50,120 nucleotides of DNA from Oscillospiraceae bacterium (GTDB lineage: Bacteria > Bacillota > Clostridia > Oscillospirales > Oscillospiraceae), in the NCBI GenBank assembly GCA_028691385.1, contig JAQUZL010000001.1:1-50120 (forward strand), given 5' to 3'. Below are positions 9,514 through 19,347 of the stretch, piece by piece (within the stretch, counting starts at the first letter, position 1; each line of letters begins with the position of its first letter). Made by a program: the position numbers and the translations under genes. Under the pieces are notes generated by a model that was not told the DNA's origin, made no database searches, and saw only the letters and a list, made by a program, of their open reading frames with translations.

Positions 9514-11472
9514 ATGAAAACACAGATGAGGGCGGCAGATCGGCTGCCGGGCATGGGTGAAAGGATCACAGCGCGGTGGCTTGCACATCCGGCCGCGGCG
9601 GAAGCTGGCCGATGTCTTGGCTCCCTTGTGAGCGGGATGGTGCTGGCCGGCGCGGGCGTCAGCGGCACGGTGCTGCCCATAGCGGCCGGTATGCTGGCGG
9701 GCGAAATGACGGTTTTGCGCTGCGCGGCGGCGCTGGCCGGCGCATGCATCGGCGCAATTTTGTGGTGGGATTTAATTCACGCACTGGAGCTGGCAGCTGT
9801 GTGCCTGTTGGCGTTTGCCAGCCGGTGCGTTTTTGAAACGGCGTCCGGCAGAAACCGTATATTGCCGCCGATGTGCGCGCTCGGTGCGGCGGCGGTCGGC
9901 ATTTTGTTTCTGCTGGACGCCGGATTGAGCGTGGTGTCTATTGCGCAGTATCTGGCGAAAGCGCTTGCCGCATTTTTGTCGGCGCTGCTGTTTTTGCACG
10001 AACAGGAAACCATGCAGCACAAGCTGCTGCTGTGCGCGTGCCTGGTGCTGGGGTTTGGCGCGGCAACGCTGCCGGTCGGCATTTCTCTGGCAGTACCGGC
10101 TGCGGCACTTCTGGCAGCTGCGACGGAGCCGGGAATGCAGGGCATTCGATGCGCGCTGATTTTTGGTCTGGCGGCAGATCTGCAGACCGGAATCGGGATG
10201 ACGCCCGCATTGGGCGCGGCGGCATTGGGGGTGCTTCTGGTGCCGGAAAAGGCAAAAAACTTGCGCCGCCCGGTCTTTACCGCACTATCGGGGCTGTATC
10301 TTGCAGCGTCCGGCGCGCCGATTCCGGCGGTCATCGCGGGCGCAGCCGGTGCGTTTTGCGCCATCTTTTTGCCGGTGACGCTGTTTGTCACGCCGCGGGC
10401 AACCAAGCGCAACGAGAAGCTGGAGGGCGCGGCTGCGGCCATAGAGGAGCTGGATAAAATGCTCCGGCAGGAGTTGAACGAGCCAAAGCGTGCGCCGGAA
10501 ACGGCCATGGTTTTCGACAAGGCGGCGGAAAAGGTTTGCCGCTGCTGCGTGCGCTATCAAAGCTGCTGGGAGCAGTCCGCCGCCCAGACCTATGAGGAGC
10601 TGTGCCAGCTTTCGCGCATCATGCTGGAAAACGGCGCAGTGGAGCGCGCGGATGTCCCGGACGGCTTTGCCGGTCGCTGCCGCCATCTGGAGGGCTTTTT
10701 GAAAGCGGTCAATCAGGAGCTGGACTCCCTGGCCTATCGTCGGCAGTTCAATGCGCGCGTGCAGGAAACGCGCACCATTGCCGCCGAGCAGTATCGCCAC
10801 CTGGGGCTGCTGCTTTCCGACGCCGCGCGGCCGGCGGAGCCGATGGAAAAACCGCAGTTTTCCTATGTCTTTGCTGTGCGCGGCAACCAGCGCAGCGGCA
10901 ATGAGGTTTCCGGCGATCAGGCCTGCTGTTTTCGCGGACAGGGCGACAATCTGTTTGTGCTGCTGAGCGACGGCATGGGAACCGGGCGAACCGCTGCGGA
11001 GGAAAGCCGAACGGCCAGCAGTGTGCTGACGGGGCTGCTCAAGGCGGGCGTTGCGCCGGAAACGGCGCTGCAACTGCTGAACGGCGCTTACACGCTGCGC
11101 TCGAGCGGCGCGTTTGCAACCATTGATCTTGTGCAGGTGCATCTGGCAAACGGTGAGTGCTGCCTGTATAAATGGGGCGCGGCACCGAGCTACCTGTTGC
11201 TCGATGGCAGAATCAAACGGATTGGGACAGCCACAATTCCACCCGGCTTCGGCGTGGGAGGGAACCACGCGGCCAGACAGACGCAGCTGTCCCTGCAAGG
11301 AGAGGAGATGTTGGTGCTGCTGAGTGACGGCGCGCAGAGCGCGCAGACGGAACAGTGCATTGCCGCATACCGTGGGGATTCTCCAAAGGAACTGGCAGAA
11401 AAAATCGTCGGCTTGCAGCCGACGGAGGATGATGTAACGGCTGCTGTTCTGCAAATTCACTCCGTCTTTTGA
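9514..11472 (+). CDS. spoIIE: stage II sporulation protein E (membrane PP2C phosphatase SpoIIE)
   Basis: ATG 9514 preceded by AAGGAGGAG. Long polytopic N-terminal half, then a PP2C-like C-terminus with SGDQACCF and LLSDGMGTGRTAAEES. The ORF-track start at 9253 overlaps the divergent CYTH gene. Confidence 0.88.
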   Translation: MKTQMRAADRLPGMGERITARWLAHPAAAEAGRCLGSLVSGMVLAGAGVSGTVLPIAAGMLAGEMTVLRCAAALAGACIGAILWWDLIHALELAAVCLLAFASRCVFETASGRNRILPPMCALGAAAVGILFLLDAGLSVVSIAQYLAKALAAFLSALLFLHEQETMQHKLLLCACLVLGFGAATLPVGISLAVPAAALLAAATEPGMQGIRCALIFGLAADLQTGIGMTPALGAAALGVLLVPEKAKNLRRPVFTALSGLYLAASGAPIPAVIAGAAGAFCAIFLPVTLFVTPRATKRNEKLEGAAAAIEELDKMLRQELNEPKRAPETAMVFDKAAEKVCRCCVRYQSCWEQSAAQTYEELCQLSRIMLENGAVERADVPDGFAGRCRHLEGFLKAVNQELDSLAYRRQFNARVQETRTIAAEQYRHLGLLLSDAARPAEPMEKPQFSYVFAVRGNQRSGNEVSGDQACCFRGQGDNLFVLLSDGMGTGRTAAEESRTASSVLTGLLKAGVAPETALQLLNGAYTLRSSGAFATIDLVQVHLANGECCLYKWGAAPSYLLLDGRIKRIGTATIPPGFGVGGNHAARQTQLSLQGEEMLVLLSDGAQSAQTEQCIAAYRGDSPKELAEKIVGLQPTEDDVTAAVLQIHSVF

Positions 11473-11504
11473 CAATATAGCAAACGTAGGCCGCAGAATG
11501 CGTC

Positions 11505-11549
11505 GAAAACGCCGCTGTGGGAAATAATATTTCCCACAGCGGCGTTTTC
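11505..11549 (+). terminator. intrinsic terminator after spoIIE
   Basis: 18-bp arms GAAAACGCCGCTGTGGGA and TCCCACAGCGGCGTTTTC, followed by tctctgt. Confidence 0.7.
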
Positions 11550-11695
11550 TCTGTCGGTCATGTTCTGTCATGTGGTATGCAGTAAGAAACGGTTTCACCG
11601 CCTGTCATTGGGAACGCAGGGAAGAAGCAATCCCCACGTTGGCAGGATTCGCCGTCCCTTCGGCTTGCCAAATGACAAATCCGCGCGCAGCCGGA

Positions 11696-11733
11696 CAAAA
11701 AATACGCCGGAAACCATATGGTTTCCGGCGTAT
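11696..11733 (-). terminator. intrinsic terminator after pnp
   Basis: Arms ATACGCCGGAAACC and GGTTTCCGGCGTAT with loop atat. Followed on the minus strand by TTTTTT (11696-11701). Confidence 0.8.
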
Positions 11734-11742
11734 CAGAACGAT

Positions 11743-13866
11743 TTACTGCTGCGCTGCGATTTCCTTCAGCGCGTCCTTGCGGGACAGGTTGACGCGACCC
11801 TTTTCGTCGATCTCGGTGACCTTGACCCAGGTCATGTCGCCGACGTTCAGCACGTCCTCGACCTTTTCGACGCGGCGGTTCTCCAGCTTGGAGATGTGCA
11901 CCATGCCGTCCTTGCCCGGAACCAGCTCCACAAACGCGCCGATGGGGATGATGCGGACGACCTTGCCGTAGTACAGCTTGCCGACCTCCGGCACAAAGCA
12001 GATGTCGTCGATCAGCTTCTTGGCAGCCTCGGCAGCCTTGGCGTCGACCGCAGAGATAAAGACAGAACCGTCGTCATCAATGTCGAACTTCGCACCGGTT
12101 TCGCCGGTGATTTTCTGAATGGTCTTGCCGCCGGAGCCGATGACCTCACGGATCTTGTCGGGGTTGATCTTCATGGAGATCATCTTCGGGGCAAACTCGG
12201 AAACCTCTGCGCGCGGCGCGGGGATGCACGGCAGGATGACCTCGTTCAGGATTTCCAGACGTGCCTTGCGGCAGATTTCCAGCGCATTTGCAATGATTTC
12301 CATGGTCAGACCGTCGTTCTTCAGATCCATCTGGATGGCCGTGACGCCCTCGGTGGTACCTGCAACCTTAAAGTCCATTTCGCCGTGGAAGTCCTCCACG
12401 CCCTGAATGTCGATAAACGTTCTCCATGCGCCGGTCTGCTTGTCGGAGATCAGGCCGCAGGAAATGCCGGCAACCGGGCGCTTGATGGGCACGCCTGCGT
12501 CCATCAGTGCCAGCGTCGTGCCGCAGATAGAGCCCTGCGAGGTAGAACCGTTGGAGGAAACGACCTCGGAAACCACGCGGATGGCGTACGGGAATTCATC
12601 GACTGCCGGCAGAACCGGTGCAATGGCCTTTTCAACCAGCGCGCCGTGGCCGACTTCGCGGCGGGAGGTGGAGCGGCTGCCACGGGCTTCGCCGGTGGAG
12701 TAGGCGGGCATGTTGTAGTGATGCATCCAGCGCTTGCTCTCCTCGGGGAAGATGGTGTCGAGCTTCTGCTGCATGGAAAGGGTGTTCAGCGTGCAGATGG
12801 AGAGCACCTGGGTCTGGCCACGGGTGAACAGGCCGGAACCGTGGACGCGCGGCAGAATGCCGACCTCCGCGCCAAGGGGACGAATCTCGTCCATCTGACG
12901 GCCGTCGACGCGCTTGCCGGCCAGCAGCCACTGCTTGATGACCTTCTTCTGCATCTTGTACAGGCAGACCTCAATCTGCACGTTGTAATCTTCATACTTG
13001 TCGGCGAACTTGTCGGCAAAGTCCAGACGGATTTCAGCCAGACGCGCCTCGCGGACGTTCTTGTCGTCGGTGTCGAGGGCAAACTCGATTTTGTCCATGC
13101 CATAGGCGATCAGATCGTCCAGCAACGCATGGTTGACGGCGGCTTTTTCGAAGGTGAACTTCGGCTTGCCGATTTCGGCGACGATGCCGTTGATGAATGC
13201 GACAATCTCCTGGTTGGTCTTGTGCGCCAGCTCAATGCCGCCCATGAGGATGTCCTCCGGGACTTCCTTGGCCTCGGTTTCAATCATGACAACCTTTTCG
13301 GCGGTGGAGGCGATGGTGACGAACATCTTGGCAGCGGTGCGCTGCTCGAAGGACGGGTTGATGATATATTCGCCGTCCAGATAAGCGACCTCGGTGGTGG
13401 CCATCGGGCCGTTCCAGGGGACGTCGGAATAAGCGGTGGCGATGAACGCGCCCAGCGATGCGACAATCTCAACCGGATTCTCGTTGTCGTTGGCCATCGC
13501 GGTGCAGGTGATGACCACGTCGTTGCGCAGCTCTTCATCGAAGAACGGGCGCATCGGGCGGTCGATCATGCGGCTGACCAGAATGCCTTTTTCGGACGGG
13601 CGACCCTCACGGCGCAGGTAAGCGCCCGGAATGCGGCCCACGGAGTACAGGCGCTCTTCAAAATCGATGGTGAGCGGGAAATACTCGATGCCGGACTTGG
13701 GCGCGCTGGAGGCGACGACGGTGGTGAGCACCACGGTGTCGCCGTAGCGGCAGATGCATTCTGCGTTGCAAAGCTCGGCTACCTTGCCGACCTCGACGGT
13801 AAACGGACGGCCGCCGATTTCCATCTCGTAGATGTGGTGGTTGGGATACTGTTTGTGTGTAATCAT
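11743..13866 (-). CDS. pnp: polyribonucleotide nucleotidyltransferase (PNPase)
   Basis: 707 aa. Two RNase PH domains, a KH domain (GSGGKTIQKI) and an S1 domain (GKVVRIIPIGAFVEL). Confidence 0.98.
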   Translation of the reverse strand: MITHKQYPNHHIYEMEIGGRPFTVEVGKVAELCNAECICRYGDTVVLTTVVASSAPKSGIEYFPLTIDFEERLYSVGRIPGAYLRREGRPSEKGILVSRMIDRPMRPFFDEELRNDVVITCTAMANDNENPVEIVASLGAFIATAYSDVPWNGPMATTEVAYLDGEYIINPSFEQRTAAKMFVTIASTAEKVVMIETEAKEVPEDILMGGIELAHKTNQEIVAFINGIVAEIGKPKFTFEKAAVNHALLDDLIAYGMDKIEFALDTDDKNVREARLAEIRLDFADKFADKYEDYNVQIEVCLYKMQKKVIKQWLLAGKRVDGRQMDEIRPLGAEVGILPRVHGSGLFTRGQTQVLSICTLNTLSMQQKLDTIFPEESKRWMHHYNMPAYSTGEARGSRSTSRREVGHGALVEKAIAPVLPAVDEFPYAIRVVSEVVSSNGSTSQGSICGTTLALMDAGVPIKRPVAGISCGLISDKQTGAWRTFIDIQGVEDFHGEMDFKVAGTTEGVTAIQMDLKNDGLTMEIIANALEICRKARLEILNEVILPCIPAPRAEVSEFAPKMISMKINPDKIREVIGSGGKTIQKITGETGAKFDIDDDGSVFISAVDAKAAEAAKKLIDDICFVPEVGKLYYGKVVRIIPIGAFVELVPGKDGMVHISKLENRRVEKVEDVLNVGDMTWVKVTEIDEKGRVNLSRKDALKEIAAQQ

Positions 13867-13903
13867 ATGGTAATTTCCTCCTGTTATTGTTCTGCACGGG
13901 AGG

Positions 13904-13958
13904 TTTTAGCACTTGAAACCATCTCCGAAGCATTCGGAAACGCTTTCAACTGCTAAAA
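13904..13958 (-). promoter_or_regulatory. long irregular hairpin in the rpsO-pnp intercistronic leader
   Basis: 15-nt arms at 13904-13918 and 13944-13958 with one mismatch, enclosing an inner CCGAA/TTCGG hairpin. Lies 38 nt upstream of the pnp ATG. Confidence 0.5.
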
Positions 13959-13977
13959 GATGTCCCGCGCGCGTTTT

Positions 13978-14007
13978 TGGAAAAAGGGCGGCCCAAGGCC
14001 GCCCTTT
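13978..14007 (-). terminator. intrinsic terminator after rpsO
   Basis: AAAGGGCGGCC / GGCCGCCCTTT stem followed on the minus strand by a T-run. Confidence 0.75.
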
Positions 14008-14015
14008 CGGTATAC

Positions 14016-14282
14016 TTACTTACGGATGCCCAGTTTGGCAATAATCGCGCGGTAACGCTCGACGTCCTTCTTGGCAACGTAATCGAGCAGCTTGCGGCGT
14101 GCGCCGACCATCTGAAGCAGGCCACGGCGGCTGTGGTTGTCATGGGTGTGAATCCGCAGGTGATCGGTCAGAGAGTTGATTCTGGCGGTCAGAATTGCGA
14201 TCTGCACCTCGGGAGAACCGGTATCGCCCTCGTGAGTCTTGTTGTCTTCGATGATAGCTGTTTTTTCTTCTTTGCGCATCAT
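14016..14282 (-). CDS. rpsO: 30S ribosomal protein S15
   Basis: 88 aa. Contains [14 protein letters not shown] and [16 protein letters not shown]. Confidence 0.98.
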   Translation of the reverse strand: MMRKEEKTAIIEDNKTHEGDTGSPEVQIAILTARINSLTDHLRIHTHDNHSRRGLLQMVGARRKLLDYVAKKDVERYRAIIAKLGIRK

Positions 14283-14479
14283 AATGCATTTCCACCTTTC
14301 AATATTTTTCCCGCAGATCTAAGTGCCGGGCTGGCAGAACGCTTCGCAGAAGCGATACCCCGGAACTGAGGCGAGGGGAACAGGCTCTGACACATGGTCA
14401 GCCTATAAAGAGTAGCATATTTGCGTGGGAAAGTAAAGAAAAATTTTCCGAAAAGCGAGAAACGACAAGGGGTTTGCCG

Positions 14480-14965
14480 TTATTTTACCCATGTTTTCCC
14501 GCCACGATACCCCGCGCCCTCCAAGTCCAGCAAAAACTGCTTGACGCGGCTGCCGCCGGGCGCGGAAAAGTGCCCGAGCTGCCCGCTTGCAGGCAGCACC
14601 CGATGGCACGGCGTCAAAATCAGACAGGGATTTTTGCCCACTGCCGACCCGGCGGCGCGCGCGGCGCGGGGAAATCCCGCCATGGCGGCAATCTCGCCAT
14701 AGGTGCGCGTCTTGCCATAGGGAATCTCGCGCAGCGCCTGCCACACGGCAAGCTGAAACGGCGTACCCTGCGGGCGCAGCGGCACGGTAAAATCAGACCG
14801 CTTGCCGGAAAAATAGTCCGCCAACTGCCGTGCGGCCGTGGCCGGCGCGCCGCAATCGCAAAGGGAAACCGGCGCGTCGGAAATTTGCACCGCCGTCACG
14901 GCGGCGTCATCCCCAAAAATCACCAGACGCCCAATGGGCGAGAGCAGCACGGCGCAGCGCGGCAT
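14480..14965 (-). CDS. ogt: methylated-DNA--protein-cysteine methyltransferase
   Basis: 161 aa. Active-site PCHRV, plus YGEIA and the GKNP helix-turn-wing region. Starts 3 nt after the helicase stop. Confidence 0.92.
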   Translation of the reverse strand: MPRCAVLLSPIGRLVIFGDDAAVTAVQISDAPVSLCDCGAPATAARQLADYFSGKRSDFTVPLRPQGTPFQLAVWQALREIPYGKTRTYGEIAAMAGFPRAARAAGSAVGKNPCLILTPCHRVLPASGQLGHFSAPGGSRVKQFLLDLEGAGYRGGKTWVK

Positions 14966-14968
14966 GGC

Positions 14969-16759
14969 TCAGGACTCGGACGGCGTTTGGCGGTGGCCCT
15001 TGCCGCCACGATGGCCGCGGCGGGCGCGGCGCGGCGCGTCCTCCTGCGCCGGAAGCGCGGCCTTGGCGGCTTTGGCGGCCTTTTCCGGCGGCTGCTTGAT
15101 GGGCGCGCTGCGATGGGCGGAAACGCCGCCCACGGGCTTATCCGGGTTGCGCGGGGTATACTTGGGCGGACGCGGCGGCTCCTCGGTCATCGCGTTGTTG
15201 GAAAACACATAGGGATTTGCCACGGTGTAGGTCTTGGTGACGAAGCGGCGCGGGTGCGCGGAAAGCAGCCGCGCGGTGGCGTCCATAATCTGATCGCCTG
15301 CCAGCGGATCCGGCTTGGCGCGCTCTTCAATTTTGGAGTCGTCAAAATGCAGCGTGGAGAACTTCTCGTCATAGGGCGCACGCGCGGGTTTGGTGCGGAC
15401 GCGCACGGGGTCGGCGGATTTTTCCACCTTCCGCACGGGGTCTGCGGCCTTTGGCGCCTTGGGCGCAGCGGCGCGTGCGGGCGCAGGTTCCGGCGCGGCC
15501 TTGGGCGTCTGCGCAGGGCGCGCGGGACGCTTGCGCGCAGCGGATTCCTGCCGCGCGGGCGCGGCAGGTTCGGTGCGGCCGTGGCGCGCCTTGGCGGCGC
15601 GGGCGGCCGGGCGGGTTTCCGGCGGATGCTCCATGGGGAACGGATGCACCTCCACCACCGGGATGGGCTTGCCGATCAGCTTTTCAATGCCGCGCAGATT
15701 ATCCTTTTCCGCCGTTTCGCAAAAGGCCACTGCGGTGCCCTCGTGACCGGCGCGGCCGGTACGGCCGATGCGGTGCACATAGGTTTCCGGCACCTCGGGC
15801 AGGTCATAGTTGAACACGTGGGACAGCTCTTCAATATCAATGCCGCGCGCGGCGATGTCGGTGGCCACCAGCACACGGATTTTTCCGGCCTTAAAGTCGG
15901 CAAGCGCAGCTTGCCGCGCAGTCTGCGACTTGTTGCCGTGGATGGCGGCGGCGGGAATGCCCTGCCGGCAAAGCCCCTCGGCGATGCGGTTAGCGCCGTG
16001 CTTGGTGCGGGAAAAGACCAGCGCGTTGTGCACGCCCAGCTGATCCACCAGATGGCACAGCAGCTTCAGCTTGTTGGCCTTGTCCACATAGTAGAGCGTC
16101 TGCTCGATGCGCTCCACCGGCGAGGACACCGGGTCAACGGCGATATGCACCGGGTCGTGCAGCAGGGATTCGACCAGCTGGGTGATCTCCGGCGGCATGG
16201 TGGCGGAGAAAAACAGCGTCTGCTTTTTCTCCGGTACGATTTGAAGAATCCGGCGCACGTCATGGATAAAGCCCATGTCCAGCATCCGGTCTGCCTCGTC
16301 CAGCACGAGGATTTCCACCTTGCCGAGATCCAGCAGTCCCTGTCCGTGCAGATCCAGCAGCCGCCCCGGTGTTGCCACCAGAATATCCGAGCCGCGCCGC
16401 AGCGCGTCCACCTGCGGATTTTGGCCGACGCCGCCGAAAATCACGGTCGAGCGCAGCGGGAGATTTTCGCCGTAGGCGCAAAAGCTCTCCTGAATCTGGA
16501 TGGCAAGCTCTCTTGTGGGGGTGACCACCAGCGCGCGCACGGGGCGCGGCTTCCGGATGGGTACGCCTGCAAGGCGCTGCAAAATGGGCGCAGCAAAGGC
16601 GCAGGTCTTGCCTGTGCCGGTCTGCGCGAGGCCCAGCACGTCGCGTCCGGCCAGCACCGGCCCAATTGCGCCGGTCTGGATGGGGGTCGGGACGGTGTAG
16701 CCCTGGCGCTGAAGCGCCTTCAGAATCGGGCCGGTAAGGCCCAGTTGCTCAAATGTCAT
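14969..16759 (-). CDS. DEAD-box ATP-dependent RNA helicase with a long basic Pro/Ala-rich C-terminal tail
   Basis: Motifs [15 protein letters not shown] and [10 protein letters not shown]. About 220 aa of low-complexity tail. Confidence 0.95.
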   Translation of the reverse strand: MTFEQLGLTGPILKALQRQGYTVPTPIQTGAIGPVLAGRDVLGLAQTGTGKTCAFAAPILQRLAGVPIRKPRPVRALVVTPTRELAIQIQESFCAYGENLPLRSTVIFGGVGQNPQVDALRRGSDILVATPGRLLDLHGQGLLDLGKVEILVLDEADRMLDMGFIHDVRRILQIVPEKKQTLFFSATMPPEITQLVESLLHDPVHIAVDPVSSPVERIEQTLYYVDKANKLKLLCHLVDQLGVHNALVFSRTKHGANRIAEGLCRQGIPAAAIHGNKSQTARQAALADFKAGKIRVLVATDIAARGIDIEELSHVFNYDLPEVPETYVHRIGRTGRAGHEGTAVAFCETAEKDNLRGIEKLIGKPIPVVEVHPFPMEHPPETRPAARAAKARHGRTEPAAPARQESAARKRPARPAQTPKAAPEPAPARAAAPKAPKAADPVRKVEKSADPVRVRTKPARAPYDEKFSTLHFDDSKIEERAKPDPLAGDQIMDATARLLSAHPRRFVTKTYTVANPYVFSNNAMTEEPPRPPKYTPRNPDKPVGGVSAHRSAPIKQPPEKAAKAAKAALPAQEDAPRRARRGHRGGKGHRQTPSES

Positions 16760-17003
16760 GAAAAACTCACTTTCTATTTCTTACGCGGCCAAGCCGCTGA
16801 TTTGTAACAATACTTTATTTTAACACATTTTCAGCAAAACTGCCACATGAAAAAAGATTGCGCCAAAAAGAATCATCCAATGCATCCTAAAAATCAAAAA
16901 TTTTGTGCAAATATCGGACAATTATGGGAAAAAGCAGGGGAAATACTTGCATTTTGTACAATTTGTTGAGGAAAGAAATGCAAATTTTATCCTGCTTTTA
17001 CAC

Positions 17004-17032
17004 TTGGCTTTCCGGTGCGCAAAAGTTATAAT
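17004..17032 (+). promoter_or_regulatory. sigma-A promoter of the NuoE/NuoF/GltD-fusion operon (TTGGCT-17-TATAAT)
   Basis: TTGGCT 17004-17009, 17-nt spacer, TATAAT 17027-17032. Lies 50 nt upstream of the first ATG. Confidence 0.6.
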
Positions 17033-17082
17033 GCAGGTATTAGACTGGGATATTTGGAAGCTGTCATACAGAAAGTGAGGAA

Positions 17083-17586
17083 ATGAACATGGATTGCACT
17101 TGCCAAACGGTCAACAGTGACCTGTCGCTGTTGGAGCCGGTGCTCCGGGAATATGCGGAGGTTCCCGGCAGCTTGATTACCATCTTGCAGCATGCGCAGG
17201 AAACTTACGGGTATTTGCCCATTGATGTGATTTATCACGTCGCCGCGCGTACCGGCAGCACGCCGGCCAAGGTACTGGGCGTTGCGACCTTTTATACGCA
17301 ATTCCGGCTCAAACCGGTGGGAAAGTACTTAATCATGCTGTGCCAGGGCACGGCGTGCCACGTGAACGGCTCACAGAAAATCGAAAAAACCATTCAGGAA
17401 GAACTGGGTATCTCGGACGGTGAAACAACGCCCGACGGCCTTTTTACATTGAAAAATGTGGCCTGCCTCGGCTGCTGCAGCCTGTCGCCGGTGATGATGA
17501 TTAACGGCGAAACCTATGGCACGCTGACGCCGAGCAAGACGCTGGAGATTCTGCGGGGTCTGAAAAAAGAGGTGGAAAAAGCATGA
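17083..17586 (+). CDS. NuoE/HydC-like [2Fe-2S] thioredoxin-fold subunit
   Basis: 167 aa. Cys pattern CQGTACHV ... CLGCCSLSP typical of NuoE/HndA. Confidence 0.9.
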   Translation: MNMDCTCQTVNSDLSLLEPVLREYAEVPGSLITILQHAQETYGYLPIDVIYHVAARTGSTPAKVLGVATFYTQFRLKPVGKYLIMLCQGTACHVNGSQKIEKTIQEELGISDGETTPDGLFTLKNVACLGCCSLSPVMMINGETYGTLTPSKTLEILRGLKKEVEKA

Positions 17587-19334
17587 AAATTGTCATTGGA
17601 GAGGGCAGCTGCGGCATCGCGGCCGGCGCTGCCAAGGTATATAGCGCGCTGCAGTCGCGCATCACTGCGCAGGACGAAATTACCCTTGGCGTCACGGGCT
17701 GCATCGGCATGTGCTATCTTGAGCCGATCGTGGATCTTTATTATGAGGACGGCAAGCTGGCGCACCGCCTGGTGCGCGTCAGCCCCAGCGACGCGGACGC
17801 TATTTTGGACGCGGTGCGCGCAGGCGATGCTTCCGGCATCGAAAAGCTGATCATCACCAAAGCTGACGAGGGCTTCCTCAGCCAGCAGACAAGAATCGTG
17901 CTGCGCCACTGCGGCGTGATTGACCCTACCAGCATCGACGCCTATCTGGTGGAGGACGGCTACAAGGCCGTGGAAAAGGTGTTTGCCACCATGACCCCCG
18001 AGCAGGTCATCGAGGAAATCAAGGTTTCCGGCCTTGCCGGCCGCGGCGGCGCGGGCTTCCCCACCTGGTTCAAGTGGAATGCCGCACGCAGCGCCAAGGG
18101 CGAAACCAAGTATCTCATCTGCAACGCGGACGAGGGCGACCCCGGCGCGTTCATGGATCGCGCGGTCATCGAGTCCGACCCCCACAGCCTGATTGAGGGC
18201 ATGCTCATCGGCGCTTACGCCATCGGCGCGCACGAGGCGGTGGTCTACGTCCGCGCAGAGTACCCGCTGGCCATTGTGCGTCTGGAGGAAGCCTTCCGGC
18301 AGGCGCGGGCGCGCGGCTACATCGGCAAAAACATTCTCGGCTCCGGCTTTGACTGTGAGTTCCGCATCAAGGCGGGCGCGGGCGCGTTTGTCTGTGGCGA
18401 GGAAACCGCGCTCATCGAGTCTTTGGAGGGCAAGCGCGGCATGCCGCGGCTCAAGCCGCCGTTCCCGGCCAACTGCGGCTATAATCAGCTGCCGTCCAAT
18501 ATCAATAACGTGGAAACCTTTGCAAACGTCGCATGGATTATCCTGAACGGCGGCGCGGCCTATGCCAAGATGGGCACCGAGAATAGCAAGGGCACCAAGG
18601 TTTTTGCCCTGACCGGTAAGATTAACCGCGGCGGTCTGGTGGAGATCCCCATGGGCAAAACCCTGCGCGAGGTCATCTTCGACATCGGCGGCGGCATCCG
18701 CGACGGCAAGCAGTTCAAGGCAGTCCAGATGGGCGGCCCGTCCGGCGGCTGCATCCCGGCAAGCCTGCTCGACACGGTCATCGACTATAAGGCGCTGGGC
18801 GCAACCGGCGCAATCATGGGCTCGGGCGGCATGGTCGTCATGGACGAGACCACCTGCATGGTGGGCATGGCGCGGTTCTTTCTGGATTTCACGACCAAGG
18901 AGTCCTGCGGCAAGTGCGTGCACTGCCGCCTTGGCACGAAGCGCCTGTTTGAGATTTTGACCCGGATCGTGGAGGGCGAGGGCAAGCCCGGCGATATTGC
19001 GCTGCTTGAGGAGCTGTGCACCACCGTCAAGGACGCCGCGCTGTGCGGCCTTGGCCAGACCGCGCCGAACCCGGTGCTCACCACCATCCGTTATTTCCGC
19101 GACGAGTATGAGGCGCACATCGCCGGGCGCTGCCCGGCAGGCGAGTGCAACGCACTGGTGCGCTATGATATTGTGGAAGACAAGTGCAAGGGATGCACGG
19201 CCTGCGTCCGCGTCTGCCCGGTGAAAGCCATTACCGGCGCGATCAAGCAGCCCCATTCCATCGACCAGAATCTCTGCATCAAGTGCGGCAGCTGCCTGAC
19301 CGCCTGCAAATTTGATGCAGTCGTGAAAGCGTAA
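17583..19334 (+). CDS. NuoF/HydB-like NADH-binding FMN/Fe-S subunit with an N-terminal thioredoxin-like domain and a C-terminal 2x[4Fe-4S] ferredoxin domain
   Basis: 583 aa. Contains GRGGAGFPTWFKW, ESCGKCVHCRLG, CKGCTACVRVCP and CIKCGSCLTAC. Confidence 0.92.
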   Translation: MKIVIGEGSCGIAAGAAKVYSALQSRITAQDEITLGVTGCIGMCYLEPIVDLYYEDGKLAHRLVRVSPSDADAILDAVRAGDASGIEKLIITKADEGFLSQQTRIVLRHCGVIDPTSIDAYLVEDGYKAVEKVFATMTPEQVIEEIKVSGLAGRGGAGFPTWFKWNAARSAKGETKYLICNADEGDPGAFMDRAVIESDPHSLIEGMLIGAYAIGAHEAVVYVRAEYPLAIVRLEEAFRQARARGYIGKNILGSGFDCEFRIKAGAGAFVCGEETALIESLEGKRGMPRLKPPFPANCGYNQLPSNINNVETFANVAWIILNGGAAYAKMGTENSKGTKVFALTGKINRGGLVEIPMGKTLREVIFDIGGGIRDGKQFKAVQMGGPSGGCIPASLLDTVIDYKALGATGAIMGSGGMVVMDETTCMVGMARFFLDFTTKESCGKCVHCRLGTKRLFEILTRIVEGEGKPGDIALLEELCTTVKDAALCGLGQTAPNPVLTTIRYFRDEYEAHIAGRCPAGECNALVRYDIVEDKCKGCTACVRVCPVKAITGAIKQPHSIDQNLCIKCGSCLTACKFDAVVKA

Positions 19335-19347
19335 GGAGGGGACGAAG

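Noticed and set aside
11560-13956. Very long ORFs antisense to real genes. This one is 798 aa, opposite pnp. Others are 3407-5581, 14474-16807, 17514-19442, 19279-21891, 28110-29504, 38269-39657, 41124-43211, 44414-45937 and 46409-48007.
   Set aside because: Each mirrors a confidently identified gene on the other strand. Their translations are Arg/Ala/Gly/His-rich low-complexity strings without recognisable motifs or RBSs. This is the expected shadow-ORF artefact of ~60% GC DNA.
16903-16921. Rex-like operator (TTGTGCAAATATCGGACAA) upstream of the NADH-dependent flavoenzyme operon
   Set aside because: The half-sites are only partly symmetric and the spacing is one nt longer than the TTGTGA-N6-TCACAA type. 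That is too weak to call without a genome-wide motif model.
16847-16969. 40-aa Cys-containing small ORF (MKKDCAKKNHPMHPKNQKFCANIGQLWEKAGEILAFCTIC) in the helicase/flavoenzyme divergent spacer
   Set aside because: It has no Shine-Dalgarno sequence upstream and overlaps the likely promoter region. Its AT-rich codon usage is unlike the neighbouring genes.
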